Positions 44,318-53,344 of a stretch of DNA of 64,000 nucleotides are shown here, one piece after another. Position 1 is the stretch's first letter. Each line of letters starts with the position of its first letter. The stretch covers positions 69,249-133,248 of the forward strand of contig CAKTOX010000001.1 in the NCBI GenBank assembly GCA_934590355.1. Direction: 5' to 3'. The notes below the pieces were generated by a model that made no database searches, was not told the DNA's origin, and saw nothing but the letters and a program-made list of their open reading frames with translations. This stretch comes from an uncultured Oscillospiraceae bacterium (GTDB lineage Bacteria; Bacillota; Clostridia; Oscillospirales; Oscillospiraceae). Position numbers and translations under genes: made by a program.

Positions 44318-45676
44318 ATGTCCGATACGATAGCTGCGGTATCAACAGGCTCGCAGGTGAGCGCCATCGGCATCGTGCGCCTGTCCGGCCCCGCCGCAAC
44401 GGATATTGCCGACCGGCTCTTTGCACCCGTTTCGGGCGCGAGCATGGCCTCATGCGAGGACAGAAGGCTCATATACGGAAATCTCAGCGACGAAAACGGC
44501 AGGCTCTTGGACATTTGCCTGTGCACGATTAGCCGCGCCCCCAACAGCTACACGGGCGAGGACACCGCGGAGTTTCAGTGCCACGGCTCTCCGGTCGTGC
44601 TGCGCGCCGTGCTTGAGGCCGCGTTCGCACTCGGTGCGCGTCAGGCGCTGCCGGGCGAATTCACAAAGCGCGCGTTTTTGAACGGGCGCATGGATCTTGC
44701 GGGAGCGGAGGCGGTCGCCGATATTATAGACGCCGAGACCGCCGAGGCAGCTCACAACGCCGCGGGTCAGCTCGCGGGAGCCATCTCGCGCAGGATCAGC
44801 GCCGTTTACGATACGCTCAAGGACATAAGCTCGCATTACCACGCCGTGCTCGATTACCCGGACGAGGACATCGAGCCCTTCGTAATGGATCGCTACAAGA
44901 CCGACATCAAAGCCGCCGAGGCTACTCTTCGCGCTCTGCGCAAAAGCTACGACAGCGGACGGCTGCTGCGCACGGGCGTGCCCGCCGCTATCGTCGGCAG
45001 ACCCAACGCGGGAAAAAGCTCGCTTTTAAACGCGCTGCTCGGCTATGACCGCGCGATCGTCACGAATATCCCCGGCACGACGCGCGACACCATCGAGGAA
45101 AAGCTTCGTCTGGGCAGCGTGCTGCTCAGGCTGACGGACACCGCCGGCATACGCGAAACGAGCGACGAGATCGAGCGCCTCGGAGTCGATCGCTCGCGCC
45201 GCGCCATGCTCGACGCGGAGCTCGTCATCGCGGTCATCGACGGCAGCGGCGAGTTCACCGAGGAGGACGCGCAGATAGTAAAATGCGCCGAGGACGCGCC
45301 TCACGGCGTCGTCGTGCTCTCGAAATCCGACGTCGGCAGCACGGTCAAGGCGCCGCAGACGAGCCTCCCTGTCGTAACGATAAGCTCCGTGACCGGCGAA
45401 GGGCTCAAGGAGCTTGAGGGCACCGTCGGCGCACTGTTTCCGCTGCCGGACGCGCCCGCGGGCGAGATACTCACAAACGCGAGGCAGTTTGACGCCGTCA
45501 GCCGCGCGCTTGAATCGGTCACGGCGGCGCTCGGCGCGATGGAGCTCGGCTGCACGCCCGATATCGTCCTCACCGAGACCGAGACCGCCATGGCAGCCCT
45601 CGGCGAGCTCACGGGCCGCACCGTGCGCGATGAGGTCACAAACAGAATATTCGAACGCTTTTGCGTAGGAAAATAG
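44318..45676 (+). CDS. mnmE: tRNA modification GTPase MnmE
   Basis: DTIAAVSTG...IVRLSGP, G-domain GRPNAGKSSLLNAL, DTAG, C-terminal FCVGK; ATG 44318 lies 7 nt after AGGAG (ORF-track ATG 44312 is only 1 nt after it). Confidence 0.95.
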   Translation: MSDTIAAVSTGSQVSAIGIVRLSGPAATDIADRLFAPVSGASMASCEDRRLIYGNLSDENGRLLDICLCTISRAPNSYTGEDTAEFQCHGSPVVLRAVLEAAFALGARQALPGEFTKRAFLNGRMDLAGAEAVADIIDAETAEAAHNAAGQLAGAISRRISAVYDTLKDISSHYHAVLDYPDEDIEPFVMDRYKTDIKAAEATLRALRKSYDSGRLLRTGVPAAIVGRPNAGKSSLLNALLGYDRAIVTNIPGTTRDTIEEKLRLGSVLLRLTDTAGIRETSDEIERLGVDRSRRAMLDAELVIAVIDGSGEFTEEDAQIVKCAEDAPHGVVVLSKSDVGSTVKAPQTSLPVVTISSVTGEGLKELEGTVGALFPLPDAPAGEILTNARQFDAVSRALESVTAALGAMELGCTPDIVLTETETAMAALGELTGRTVRDEVTNRIFERFCVGK

Positions 45677-45710
45677 AAAAACCTCCGGTTGAGCCGGAGG
45701 TTTATTTTTA
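45677..45710. terminator. bidirectional terminator
   Basis: ACCTCCGG-TTGAG-CCGGAGGT flanked by AAAAA and TTATTTTT. Confidence 0.8.
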
Positions 45711-45719
45711 TATATAAGC

Positions 45720-46826
45720 TTAATCGAGCTTCATGTCGCCGTCCTTTATCCAGCCGAGCTTGCGGCAGATAAGGCCGAACGCCCACGCGAGCACCGCAGG
45801 GAGCACGACGGCAACGAGCGCAAGGCCTATCCAGTCGAACGCCGTGGGGCTCATGGCAAGCGCACCGTCGCGCAGCGCCTCTGCCGAGGGGCTTGCCCAG
45901 CCGGTCCACACGCCGATGGGGCCGACCAGTCCGCAGGTGCCCATGCCGGAGGACACCGCCGCGCCGTTCATTTCAAGCTTGAACAGGCAGGTCGCAATGG
46001 GCCCCGTTACGGCGCTTGCCGCAATTGCGGGTATCCAGATCCTCGGGTTGCGCACGATGTTGCCCATCTGGAGCATCGAGGTGCCCAGACCCTGAGACAC
46101 GATGCCGCCCCAGCCGTTTTCCTTAAACGAAACGACCGCAAAGCCGACCATGTTCGCACAGCAGCCGGCAAGTGCCGCGCCGCCCGCGAGACCAGTGAGG
46201 CTGAGTGCCGCGCAGATAGCCGCCGAGGAGATGGGGAGCGTCAGCGCGATGCCGACGAGAACGGAAACGAGCACGCCCATGACGAAGGGCTGCTGCGTGG
46301 TCGCCCATTTTATAAGCGTGCCGACCGCCATGGCGCCCTTGCCGATGGGAGCCGCGATGAAGTACGCAACGCCGATGCCGACAAGTATCGTGACGATGGG
46401 GGTCACGAGAATGTCGATCTTGGTTTCCTTGGAGACCATTTTGCCGAATTCCGCCGCGATTATCGCAACGACATAAACCGCAAGCGGGCCGCCCGCGCCG
46501 CCCATGACGTTTGTCGCATAGCCGACGGGAATTAGCGAAAACAGCACCATTGCAGGCGCATGAAGCGCGTAGCCGATAGCAACCGCCATCGCGGGGCCTA
46601 CCATCGACGAGGCGAACTTGCCTATCGTGTAGCCGACTTCGCCGATTTTGATAAGGGGAGTTGCCAGAAACGCGATGCCGAGCTGCGTGCCGAGCGTATC
46701 AAGTATCGTGCCGACGAGCAGGGTGCAGAAAAGTCCCTGCGCCATCGCACCGAGCGCGTCGATGCCGTAGCGCTTTAAGCTGACCTCAACATCCTTGCGC
46801 TTTAAAAAGCTCTTTACCTTTGCCAT
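45720..46826 (-). CDS. PfoR/COG3641-type (PTS_EIIC_2-like) permease; candidate NiaR-controlled transporter
   Basis: 368 aa with about 10 glycine/alanine-rich helices; N-terminus MAKVKSFLKRKDVEVSLKRYGIDALGAMAQGLFCTLLVGTI resembles PfoR-family proteins. Confidence 0.55.
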   Translation of the reverse strand: MAKVKSFLKRKDVEVSLKRYGIDALGAMAQGLFCTLLVGTILDTLGTQLGIAFLATPLIKIGEVGYTIGKFASSMVGPAMAVAIGYALHAPAMVLFSLIPVGYATNVMGGAGGPLAVYVVAIIAAEFGKMVSKETKIDILVTPIVTILVGIGVAYFIAAPIGKGAMAVGTLIKWATTQQPFVMGVLVSVLVGIALTLPISSAAICAALSLTGLAGGAALAGCCANMVGFAVVSFKENGWGGIVSQGLGTSMLQMGNIVRNPRIWIPAIAASAVTGPIATCLFKLEMNGAAVSSGMGTCGLVGPIGVWTGWASPSAEALRDGALAMSPTAFDWIGLALVAVVLPAVLAWAFGLICRKLGWIKDGDMKLD

Positions 46827-46843
46827 ATATTATACCTCCAAAA

Positions 46844-46877
46844 AGACCATACAGGTGTCTTGACACTTGTATGGTCT
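46844..46877. promoter_or_regulatory. 34-bp near-perfect palindrome, putative NiaR operator
   Basis: AGACCATACAGGTGTC-TT-GACACTTGTATGGTCT (one arm mismatch); starts immediately downstream of the -10 of the permease promoter and ends 18 nt before its start codon. Confidence 0.6.
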
Positions 46878-46906
46878 ACTTTAACTCTTGTTTTCACTTT
46901 TGTCAA
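46878..46906 (-). promoter_or_regulatory. promoter of the permease gene
   Basis: Minus strand TTGACA (46906-46901), 17 nt, TAAAGT (46883-46878). Confidence 0.55.
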
Positions 46907-46930
46907 TGAGCAATTTGCCCTTTGCGCATA

Positions 46931-47443
46931 TTATTCGGTGTAAAGAAGCCCGTTTTTCTCAAGCTCGGCCTTTGTGCGCTCAAAGCACTCGCGGCTCGGG
47001 CAGGAGAGCGCGTGCAGGTGGATGCCGCCCGTGAGCGTGCTCAGGGGACTTGCACCGTCCTCGCGGCACTTTTTCACAAACTGCGACACATCATAGCGGT
47101 TTGACAGATGCAGCTGACCGACGAGCTGACCGTACAGCGGGTGCTCGACCGTGACGTTTATGACCGTGCAGCCGTTATCGACCATGATATTGAGCTCTTT
47201 TTCCATGTTCTCAAAATCATGCACGCACGCAAGCGTGTACACCCCGTCGTCGCTTGTGCGCTCCATGACATAGCCGCGGGGTGTGGCCGTGATACTCACA
47301 CCGGAAGCGCGGAGAAGCGCGATGTCGCCGACGATTATCTGACGGCTGACCGACAGCTCCTCACCGAGCACGGTCGCACTCACGGGCTTGATGCTTGCCT
47401 TGAGCTTTTCGATTATGTACTCTCGGCGTTTTGCTGCTTGCAT
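46931..47443 (-). CDS. niaR: NiaR (YrxA)-family transcription repressor, HTH_11 + 3H domain
   Basis: 170 aa; VSATVLGEELSVSRQIIVGDIALLRASG HTH, then the three-His domain (VHDFEN...VEHPLYG...GGIHLH). Confidence 0.85.
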   Translation of the reverse strand: MQAAKRREYIIEKLKASIKPVSATVLGEELSVSRQIIVGDIALLRASGVSITATPRGYVMERTSDDGVYTLACVHDFENMEKELNIMVDNGCTVINVTVEHPLYGQLVGQLHLSNRYDVSQFVKKCREDGASPLSTLTGGIHLHALSCPSRECFERTKAELEKNGLLYTE

Positions 47444-47447
47444 TGCT

Positions 47448-48893
47448 TCACCTCTTAGCTTTCAGCATTTCGTCCTTGAGCTCCATGAGCTTTTCGGACA
47501 GATCGACATAGTACTGGTGCGGGAAATCAAATCTCTTGACCTCGGGCCAGAGCGTGCTGACCTCGTAGGCGCAGCGGCGGCGAATTTCGTCAAGGCTCGG
47601 CAGTGAGTAGACAAGCTCGCCGTTTTTGAATATCGGCACGAGCAGCTCCTGAGCCGTGAAATTCTCAAGCGTTTTACGCTTCCATCTCGCCTCGGGGTCG
47701 CAAATTTCAAGAGGCTTGGTATCGTCCACGACCTCGTCTGCAAGGCAAATGTAATCCGCCTCCGCCATACCGTTTTCCCTCTCGAAGAAGCGATAGACCT
47801 TCTTGAAGCCGGGGTTCGTTATCTTGCCTACGTTTTCGCTTATTTTTATTTTGGGAATGACCGTGCCGTCCTCGCCCTCAACGGCGCACAGCTTGTAGAC
47901 TCCGCCGAAAACGGGGTCGGACTTCGCGGTTATGAGCCTCTCGCCGACGCCGAAGGAGTCGATCTTCGCGCCCTGGAGCATGAGCTCGGTTATAAGTCTC
48001 TCGTCGAGGGAGTTCGAAACGGTTATCTTGCAGTCCGTCCAGCCCGCCTCGTCGAGCATAACACGGGCCTTGCGCGTGAGATATGCCATGTCGCCGGAGT
48101 CAAAGCGGATACCGCACTTGGTAATGCCGAGGGGCTTTAAGACCTCGTTAAAGGCGCGGATCGCGTTGGGCACACCGCTCTTGAGGGAATTGTAGGTATC
48201 CACGAGCAGCGTCGCGTTTGTCGGGTAGGTCTGGCAGTATGCCTTGAACGCCTCGTACTCGGAGTCGAACATCTGCACCCATGAATGAGCCATCGTGCCG
48301 CCCGCAGGGACGCCGTAGAGAGTGTCCGACAGTGCGCAGGCAGTACCCGCGCAGCCGCCTATATATGCCGCTCTTGCGCCAGTGACGGCGCCGTCAATGC
48401 CCTGAGCGCGGCGCGAGCCGAATTCGAGCACCACCCTGCCCTCGGCGGCGCGGCAAACGCGGTTTGCCTTGGTTGCGATAAGGCTCTGATGGTTTATCTG
48501 AAGCAGCACATAGGTTTCTATAAGCTGCGCCTGGATAGCCGGGGCGCGCACGACCATGAGCGGCTCGCGCGGGAACACGGGAGTGCCCTCCGGCACAGCC
48601 CAGATATCGCCCTCGAATTTGAAATTGCGCAGATATTCGAGAAATTCCTCGGAGAACATCTTCCTGCCGCGCAGGTATTCAATGTCCTCATCGTCAAAGT
48701 GCAGGTTCCGGATATACTCCACAACCTGCTCAAGTCCCGCGGCGATGGCGAATCCTCCATTGTCGGGATTTTGTCTGTAAAAGACGTCAAAATATGTGAT
48801 CTTATCACTCATGCCATGGTCAAAATATCCGTTGCCCATGGTCAGTTCGTAGTAATCGCACAGCATCGTGAGATTGAGCTTTCTGTCGTTCAT
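47448..48893 (-). CDS. pncB: nicotinate phosphoribosyltransferase
   Basis: 481 aa; LTMLCDYYELTMGNGYF N-terminus, FGSRRAQG, GGTMAHSW. Confidence 0.9.
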   Translation of the reverse strand: MNDRKLNLTMLCDYYELTMGNGYFDHGMSDKITYFDVFYRQNPDNGGFAIAAGLEQVVEYIRNLHFDDEDIEYLRGRKMFSEEFLEYLRNFKFEGDIWAVPEGTPVFPREPLMVVRAPAIQAQLIETYVLLQINHQSLIATKANRVCRAAEGRVVLEFGSRRAQGIDGAVTGARAAYIGGCAGTACALSDTLYGVPAGGTMAHSWVQMFDSEYEAFKAYCQTYPTNATLLVDTYNSLKSGVPNAIRAFNEVLKPLGITKCGIRFDSGDMAYLTRKARVMLDEAGWTDCKITVSNSLDERLITELMLQGAKIDSFGVGERLITAKSDPVFGGVYKLCAVEGEDGTVIPKIKISENVGKITNPGFKKVYRFFERENGMAEADYICLADEVVDDTKPLEICDPEARWKRKTLENFTAQELLVPIFKNGELVYSLPSLDEIRRRCAYEVSTLWPEVKRFDFPHQYYVDLSEKLMELKDEMLKAKR

Positions 48894-49038
48894 AGCAGCC
48901 TCCGCGGTATTTTCATACCGATTTTATATGATTATCATACTTCGGATTATATAACATATTTGCATTTATGCAACCATTGTTATTAAAAAAATTAACGCCC
49001 CGGTCTCCCAAGGCGTTAATATTGCCGTTAACTTATGC

Positions 49039-50424
49039 TTACGCTTCGATTGCGGCGGACTCGGATGCCGGCTTCTTCGCCATAGTGATGATGACCGCAA
49101 ATGCGACCGCAATAACGGTGAAGAGGATTATGCCGACAAGCTGGAGAGTGCCGGAGTAGGTGCCGTCCTTGAGCGGATAGGTGTAACCGTGGTAGCGGGT
49201 GGCTATACCGAACACATTGCAAACGAGTGCGAGTGCTGCGGTGATTATGCCGAGCACGGAGGATATCTTCTTGCCCGCAAGAGCAAGAGAAGCGCTGACG
49301 ATCGCAAGAACACTCGTGATCGCAAGTGCGAGATAGAGAACGAAGCGCATGGTGAGCTCGTTGGTAACGTCGGCGACGTGGTCTGCAACGGACTCACGGA
49401 AGCTCTTGCAGACTACGAGGCACTGGTCGAGATCGAGGTACGGATCGCCGGTGCGCAGGGTCATGAGCTTGCCGTTTTCGTCATACTTTTTCCAATCAAA
49501 ATCGGAGCCGAGGCGCTGCTCGGGACCGGGAACCGCCATTGCGCCGTTATAACGGTAGATGGGGGCGTTCTTGTAGCAGGTCATGGTGTACTCATCAACA
49601 AGAGCCATGCCGCCCTCGAAGGTCTCGAGGTCTGCCTTGCCTGCCGCGAGCTTTGCAGCGCCTGCTGCCAGCTCATTTGCGCCCGCCGCGAGCTGTGCCT
49701 CGCCGTCTGCGAGCTGCTTCTCTGCCGCCTTGAGAGCTGCCTCACCGGCCGCTATCTCCGCCTTGCCTGCCTCGAGCTGAGCCAGACCGTCCTCATACTC
49801 CTTGAGCTGAGCCTTGCCCGCTGCGACCATCTGGTTCATGTATGCGGGGAAATCGGTGACGTCTGCGGGGATCTCAAGACCCGCACGAGCCGCTATCGGG
49901 CGAACGACGCCGACGAACCATGCCTGAGCGTTGTCGAAGCCGGGCAGCTTGCCGATGGTGCCGTCGCGGAACTGAATGTACTGGTTAAGATACGGCATGA
50001 GGGGCTCGATCTTTGCGAGCATCGCCTTGCCCTCGTTGTATGCCTGAGTGTTGGCGTCTATCATCGCCTGACCCTCTGCGAGCTTTGCCTTGCCCTCTGC
50101 GAGAGCCTTCTTGCCTGCCTCATAGTCCATGTAGCCCTGATTGAGCTCTGCCTTGCCGGAGTTATACGCCTTCTGACCTGCCGAGTAATCGCTCAGGCCC
50201 TTGCTGTATGCGCCGACACCCTCGAGGTAAGCTGCCTCATTCTCCTTGAGCAGGCCGATAGCCTTCTCAAGCTCTCCCACGACGTCTGCTGCCTTAGCAT
50301 CGTCTTCTTTGTACTGCTTGATCGCAAGGCCGTCTTTTACGCCGAAACCGGCAACGACGAGGCCGAACACACCCGCAACGATGAGCAGTATGCTGATGAT
50401 GGTGGTAAGTGCTGATTTTTTCAT
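49039..50424 (-). CDS. membrane protein with XXXLXXG heptad repeats (YhgE/Pip-like central region), 1 N-terminal + 3 C-terminal TM helices
   Basis: 461 aa from ATG 50424 (MKKSALTTIISILLIVAGVFGLVVAG); runs such as LAEGKAKLAEGQA and LAAGANELAAGAAKLAAGKADL; the ORF-track entry extends 5' to 51078 only because that frame lacks stops. Confidence 0.6.
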   Translation of the reverse strand: MKKSALTTIISILLIVAGVFGLVVAGFGVKDGLAIKQYKEDDAKAADVVGELEKAIGLLKENEAAYLEGVGAYSKGLSDYSAGQKAYNSGKAELNQGYMDYEAGKKALAEGKAKLAEGQAMIDANTQAYNEGKAMLAKIEPLMPYLNQYIQFRDGTIGKLPGFDNAQAWFVGVVRPIAARAGLEIPADVTDFPAYMNQMVAAGKAQLKEYEDGLAQLEAGKAEIAAGEAALKAAEKQLADGEAQLAAGANELAAGAAKLAAGKADLETFEGGMALVDEYTMTCYKNAPIYRYNGAMAVPGPEQRLGSDFDWKKYDENGKLMTLRTGDPYLDLDQCLVVCKSFRESVADHVADVTNELTMRFVLYLALAITSVLAIVSASLALAGKKISSVLGIITAALALVCNVFGIATRYHGYTYPLKDGTYSGTLQLVGIILFTVIAVAFAVIITMAKKPASESAAIEA

Positions 50425-50479
50425 GTTTCTTCCCTTCGACTTTTTCCAGTAGTACGTGACTTTACACGCAAGTGTTAAT

Positions 50480-50508
50480 ATTTTATTCACAAACACAGCT
50501 TTTGTCAA
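50480..50508 (-). promoter_or_regulatory. promoter of the heptad-repeat membrane protein gene
   Basis: Minus strand TTGACA (50508-50503), 17 nt, TAAAAT (50485-50480). Confidence 0.55.
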
Positions 50509-50551
50509 TACCCAAGTGCAAACACGCGAAAAAACAATGTTTGTACAGTCC

Positions 50552-50580
50552 TTGAAATTTTCACGCGAATGTGCTAAATT
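50552..50580 (+). promoter_or_regulatory. promoter of the DivIVA-like gene
   Basis: TTGAAA (50552-50557), 17 nt, TAAATT (50575-50580). Confidence 0.5.
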
Positions 50581-50610
50581 TATTTCATACGCAAGCACGG
50601 AGGAAGAAAA

Positions 50611-51063
50611 ATGGCTGTAACGGAGGAGTTTCTGGACTCTATCGGCTTTGATATCGCAAAGCAGAAATATTATAACGCAAACAAGGTCGACGCAAAAATG
50701 GCGGAGATAAAAAGCGCCCTGCGCGAGCTCATTGAGGAAAACGAGCGGCTCAGGGCGGAGGCGGCAAGCGTCGGAGAAATGAAAAGCCGCGCGGCGCAGC
50801 TCATGCTCGGCGCGCAAGAGCAGGCGGCGAAAATCGAAGAGGACGCGAAAAAAAAGGCCGCGCAGATCATCGAAAACGCCCGCAGCGAGGCGGACGGCAT
50901 CGTGGCGGCAAAGCGCGTGCAGTCGTCCGGCGCGGGACTGTCCGCGGCGCAGATGGAGGCTATCGACAAGATAAACCGCCAGCTTGACGACCTGAGCGTT
51001 TCTCAGACTACGCAGATTTTCCGCATAAAGCAGGCGCTCATGGGCGTTGCGATCGATAAATAA
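50611..51063 (+). CDS. DivIVA-domain coiled-coil protein
   Basis: 150 aa; N-terminal FDIAKQKYYNANKVDAKMAEI resembles the DivIVA F..x..GY..xxVD motif, followed by coiled coil. Confidence 0.5.
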   Translation: MAVTEEFLDSIGFDIAKQKYYNANKVDAKMAEIKSALRELIEENERLRAEAASVGEMKSRAAQLMLGAQEQAAKIEEDAKKKAAQIIENARSEADGIVAAKRVQSSGAGLSAAQMEAIDKINRQLDDLSVSQTTQIFRIKQALMGVAIDK

Positions 51064-51124
51064 AAAAGCAATATCCAAAACAAAAGCAAGCAGCGTGAAG
51101 TGCTCATACCGCTTGATTTTTCAC

Positions 51125-51153
51125 TTGCTTTTTTGCAGGTTTTATTTTATAAT
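51125..51153 (+). promoter_or_regulatory. promoter of the second TetR-family gene
   Basis: TTGCTT (51125-51130), 17 nt, TATAAT (51148-51153). Confidence 0.55.
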
Positions 51154-51160
51154 CTATTAT

Positions 51161-51178
51161 AGTAGAGTCGATTCTACT
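51161..51178. promoter_or_regulatory. inverted repeat, possible operator of the second TetR
   Basis: AGTAGA-GTCGAT-TCTACT, 8 nt downstream of the -10 element. Confidence 0.35.
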
Positions 51179-51202
51179 TATAACTGGAAAGAGTACCAAA
51201 AA

Positions 51203-51889
51203 ATGCGCACAAGATACGACACACCCGAAACAAAAAAGAGAATTCTTTCGACCTGCGTCCGTCTTTTTATAAAGCAGGGCTACAAGAACACCCCACCCAG
51301 GCAGATATTTGTCGAAGCCGATGTCAGCTCCGGCACTTTTTATCATCTTTTCCCCTCGAAAGGCAAAATTTTAATTGAACTTACGGACTTCATGTTCACA
51401 AGCCAGTTTGACATTGCCGGGCAAATCGCGGGAAAAGACGCGACGCCTGCGATGCTCTACGCCGTTGAGACCGCCATTCAGCTCACCCTCGTTGAGCTCA
51501 ACGAAAATCTGCGCGAGATTTACGTCGAGGCATACACGAACAAAGAGCTGCTCGGGATCATACACGAGAAGATGTCCGAGGCGCTTATTAAGATCTTCAC
51601 GCCCTACACCCCCGAGCGCAGCGGCAAGGATTTCTACGAGCTTGAGATAGGCACGGCGGGCATGATGCGCGGCTATATGGCGCGCCCCTGCGATGAGGAT
51701 TTCACGCTCGAGCAGAAGCTTCAGCGCTTTCTCGGCATTACCCTGCGCATATTCTGCGTGCCCCGCGAGGAGCGCGAGCACATTCTCGAAACCATCGGCG
51801 CACTGGATATGCGCAAAGTGGCGGACGAGGTCATGCAGACGCTTTTCTCCGCGCTCGAAATGAAATACGATTTCAAATTGTCCAAGTAA
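51203..51889 (+). CDS. TetR/AcrR-family transcriptional regulator
   Basis: 228 aa from ATG 51203; HTH ILSTCVRLFIKQGYKNTPPRQIFVEADVSSGTFYHLFPSKGKI. Confidence 0.85.
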   Translation: MRTRYDTPETKKRILSTCVRLFIKQGYKNTPPRQIFVEADVSSGTFYHLFPSKGKILIELTDFMFTSQFDIAGQIAGKDATPAMLYAVETAIQLTLVELNENLREIYVEAYTNKELLGIIHEKMSEALIKIFTPYTPERSGKDFYELEIGTAGMMRGYMARPCDEDFTLEQKLQRFLGITLRIFCVPREEREHILETIGALDMRKVADEVMQTLFSALEMKYDFKLSK

Positions 51890-51893
51890 AAGT

Positions 51894-51938
51894 AAAAATT
51901 CCCCTGCATCGTAAGAAACGATGCAGGGGAATTTTTTA
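51894..51938. terminator. bidirectional terminator
   Basis: 15-bp stem AATTCCCCTGCATCG/CGATGCAGGGGAATT flanked by AAAAA and TTTTT. Confidence 0.85.
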
Positions 51939-52370
51939 TTCTTCGATCTTTATCTCGTCGCCCTTTTTGAGCGTGCCGGATTCGAGGACCTTTACGAATA
52001 TGCCCTCGCGCGGCATGACGCAGTCGCCGGCCGCCTTGCGGATGGCGCAGTCGCTGTGGCACTCCTTGCCTATCTGCGTCACCTCGCACAGCGCCGTGCC
52101 GATGCGAAGCCTTGTCCCGACGGGCAGGGTGTGCACCGCCATGCCCTCAACGAGTATATTTTCCGCAAAAGCGCCGTGCTTTAGCTCAAAGCTGAGCTTT
52201 TCCTGGAGCTTTGCAACGCTGTCAACGGACAAAAGACTTATCTGTCTGTGCCAATTTCCCGCGTGGGCATCGCCCTCGATGCCCCAGTCCTTGCGAAGCG
52301 TCGCCTCGGGTATCTCATGCTTCTGGATACCGCGCACCTCGCTTATGCAAATTGCCGCTGCCTTAGCCAT
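51936..52370 (-). CDS. MOSC domain-containing protein
   Basis: 144 aa; GIEGDAHAG...RQISLL and C-terminal beta-barrel pattern typical of small clostridial MOSC proteins. Confidence 0.75.
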   Translation of the reverse strand: MAKAAAICISEVRGIQKHEIPEATLRKDWGIEGDAHAGNWHRQISLLSVDSVAKLQEKLSFELKHGAFAENILVEGMAVHTLPVGTRLRIGTALCEVTQIGKECHSDCAIRKAAGDCVMPREGIFVKVLESGTLKKGDEIKIEE

Positions 52371-52373
52371 GAT

Positions 52374-53330
52374 TCAGCCTCCTATACGATACATACTGCG
52401 CCGCGCCTCGCTGCGCTCTGTGGCAGAGAGCGCAACGTGCATCTGCGGCTTATGCGACACTGCCGTGAGTATCGCCTGCTTTAGCTGCTCGCCGTGCAGC
52501 CCGCGCACACTCAGCTCCTCGGCGGAGTGCAGACAGGGCTTCAGGCAGCCGTCCGCAGTCAGACGCAGACGGTTGCACTCGGCGCAAAAATGGTTGCTCA
52601 AGGGGCTTATGAGCCCGACCTCGCCCTTTGCGCCGGGGAGCCTGTACAGCCGCGCGACGGTGTGCTTTTCGCTCGGCACGGGCACAAGCTGCGGCAGACG
52701 CTCAAGCACGGTGCTGTCCGGCAGATACGCCTGCGCGGGGAAGTCTCCGGTGTTTCCGATGGGCATGAGCTCGATAAATCTCAGCTGCACCGGATAGCGC
52801 ACGGTCATTTCCGCGAGAGCCGCTATCTCGTCGTCGTTAAAGCCGCCTATGAGCACGGTGTTGAGCTTCACGGGGCTAATTCCCGCCGCCATTGCCGCAC
52901 GAATCCCCTCAAGCGCGTCCGAGAGCCTGCCGCCGCGGGTTATCTCCGCGTATTTTTCCGGCATGAGCGTGTCGAGGCTTATGTTTATCCTGCGTATCCC
53001 CGCCTTGTAAAGCTCCTCGGCGCAGGGCGCGAGCAGCGTTGCGTTCGTCGTCATGCTCATATCCTCGATGCCCTGCACGGCGCCCAGTGCGCGAACGAGG
53101 GGGATAATGTCGCCTCTGACAAGCGGCTCCCCTCCCGTTATGCGCAGCTTTTTCATACCTAGCTCCGCCGCGGCACGCGCGATTTCGACAAATTCGTCGG
53201 CACTCATCGCCGTGCGGCACGGACACTCCGCCATACCGTCCGGCGGCATACAGTAGCGGCAGCGCAGATTGCAGCCGTCCGTCACCGACATACGCAGATA
53301 TTCGATTTTTCTGCCGTAAGCGTCTGTCAT
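52374..53330 (-). CDS. moaA: GTP 3',8-cyclase (molybdenum cofactor biosynthesis protein A)
   Basis: 318 aa; radical-SAM CNLRCRYC, C-terminal cluster CAECNRLRLTADGCLKPCL, terminal GG. Confidence 0.9.
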   Translation of the reverse strand: MTDAYGRKIEYLRMSVTDGCNLRCRYCMPPDGMAECPCRTAMSADEFVEIARAAAELGMKKLRITGGEPLVRGDIIPLVRALGAVQGIEDMSMTTNATLLAPCAEELYKAGIRRINISLDTLMPEKYAEITRGGRLSDALEGIRAAMAAGISPVKLNTVLIGGFNDDEIAALAEMTVRYPVQLRFIELMPIGNTGDFPAQAYLPDSTVLERLPQLVPVPSEKHTVARLYRLPGAKGEVGLISPLSNHFCAECNRLRLTADGCLKPCLHSAEELSVRGLHGEQLKQAILTAVSHKPQMHVALSATERSEARRSMYRIGG

Positions 53331-53344
53331 TTTTGCTTCTCCGT

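Noticed and set aside
48940-48975. Small palindrome TTGCAT-TT-ATGCAA upstream of pncB, considered as a second NiaR site.
   Set aside because: It bears no resemblance to the 34-bp palindrome at 46844-46877. It has only 6-bp arms in AT-rich DNA.
50425-51078. 5' extension of ORF 49039-51078 (679 aa) upstream of MKKSALT.
   Set aside because: The extension is antisense to the DivIVA-like gene and crosses a promoter-containing spacer. A good TTGACA-17-TAAAAT promoter and a signal-anchor-like N-terminus support the ATG at 50424.
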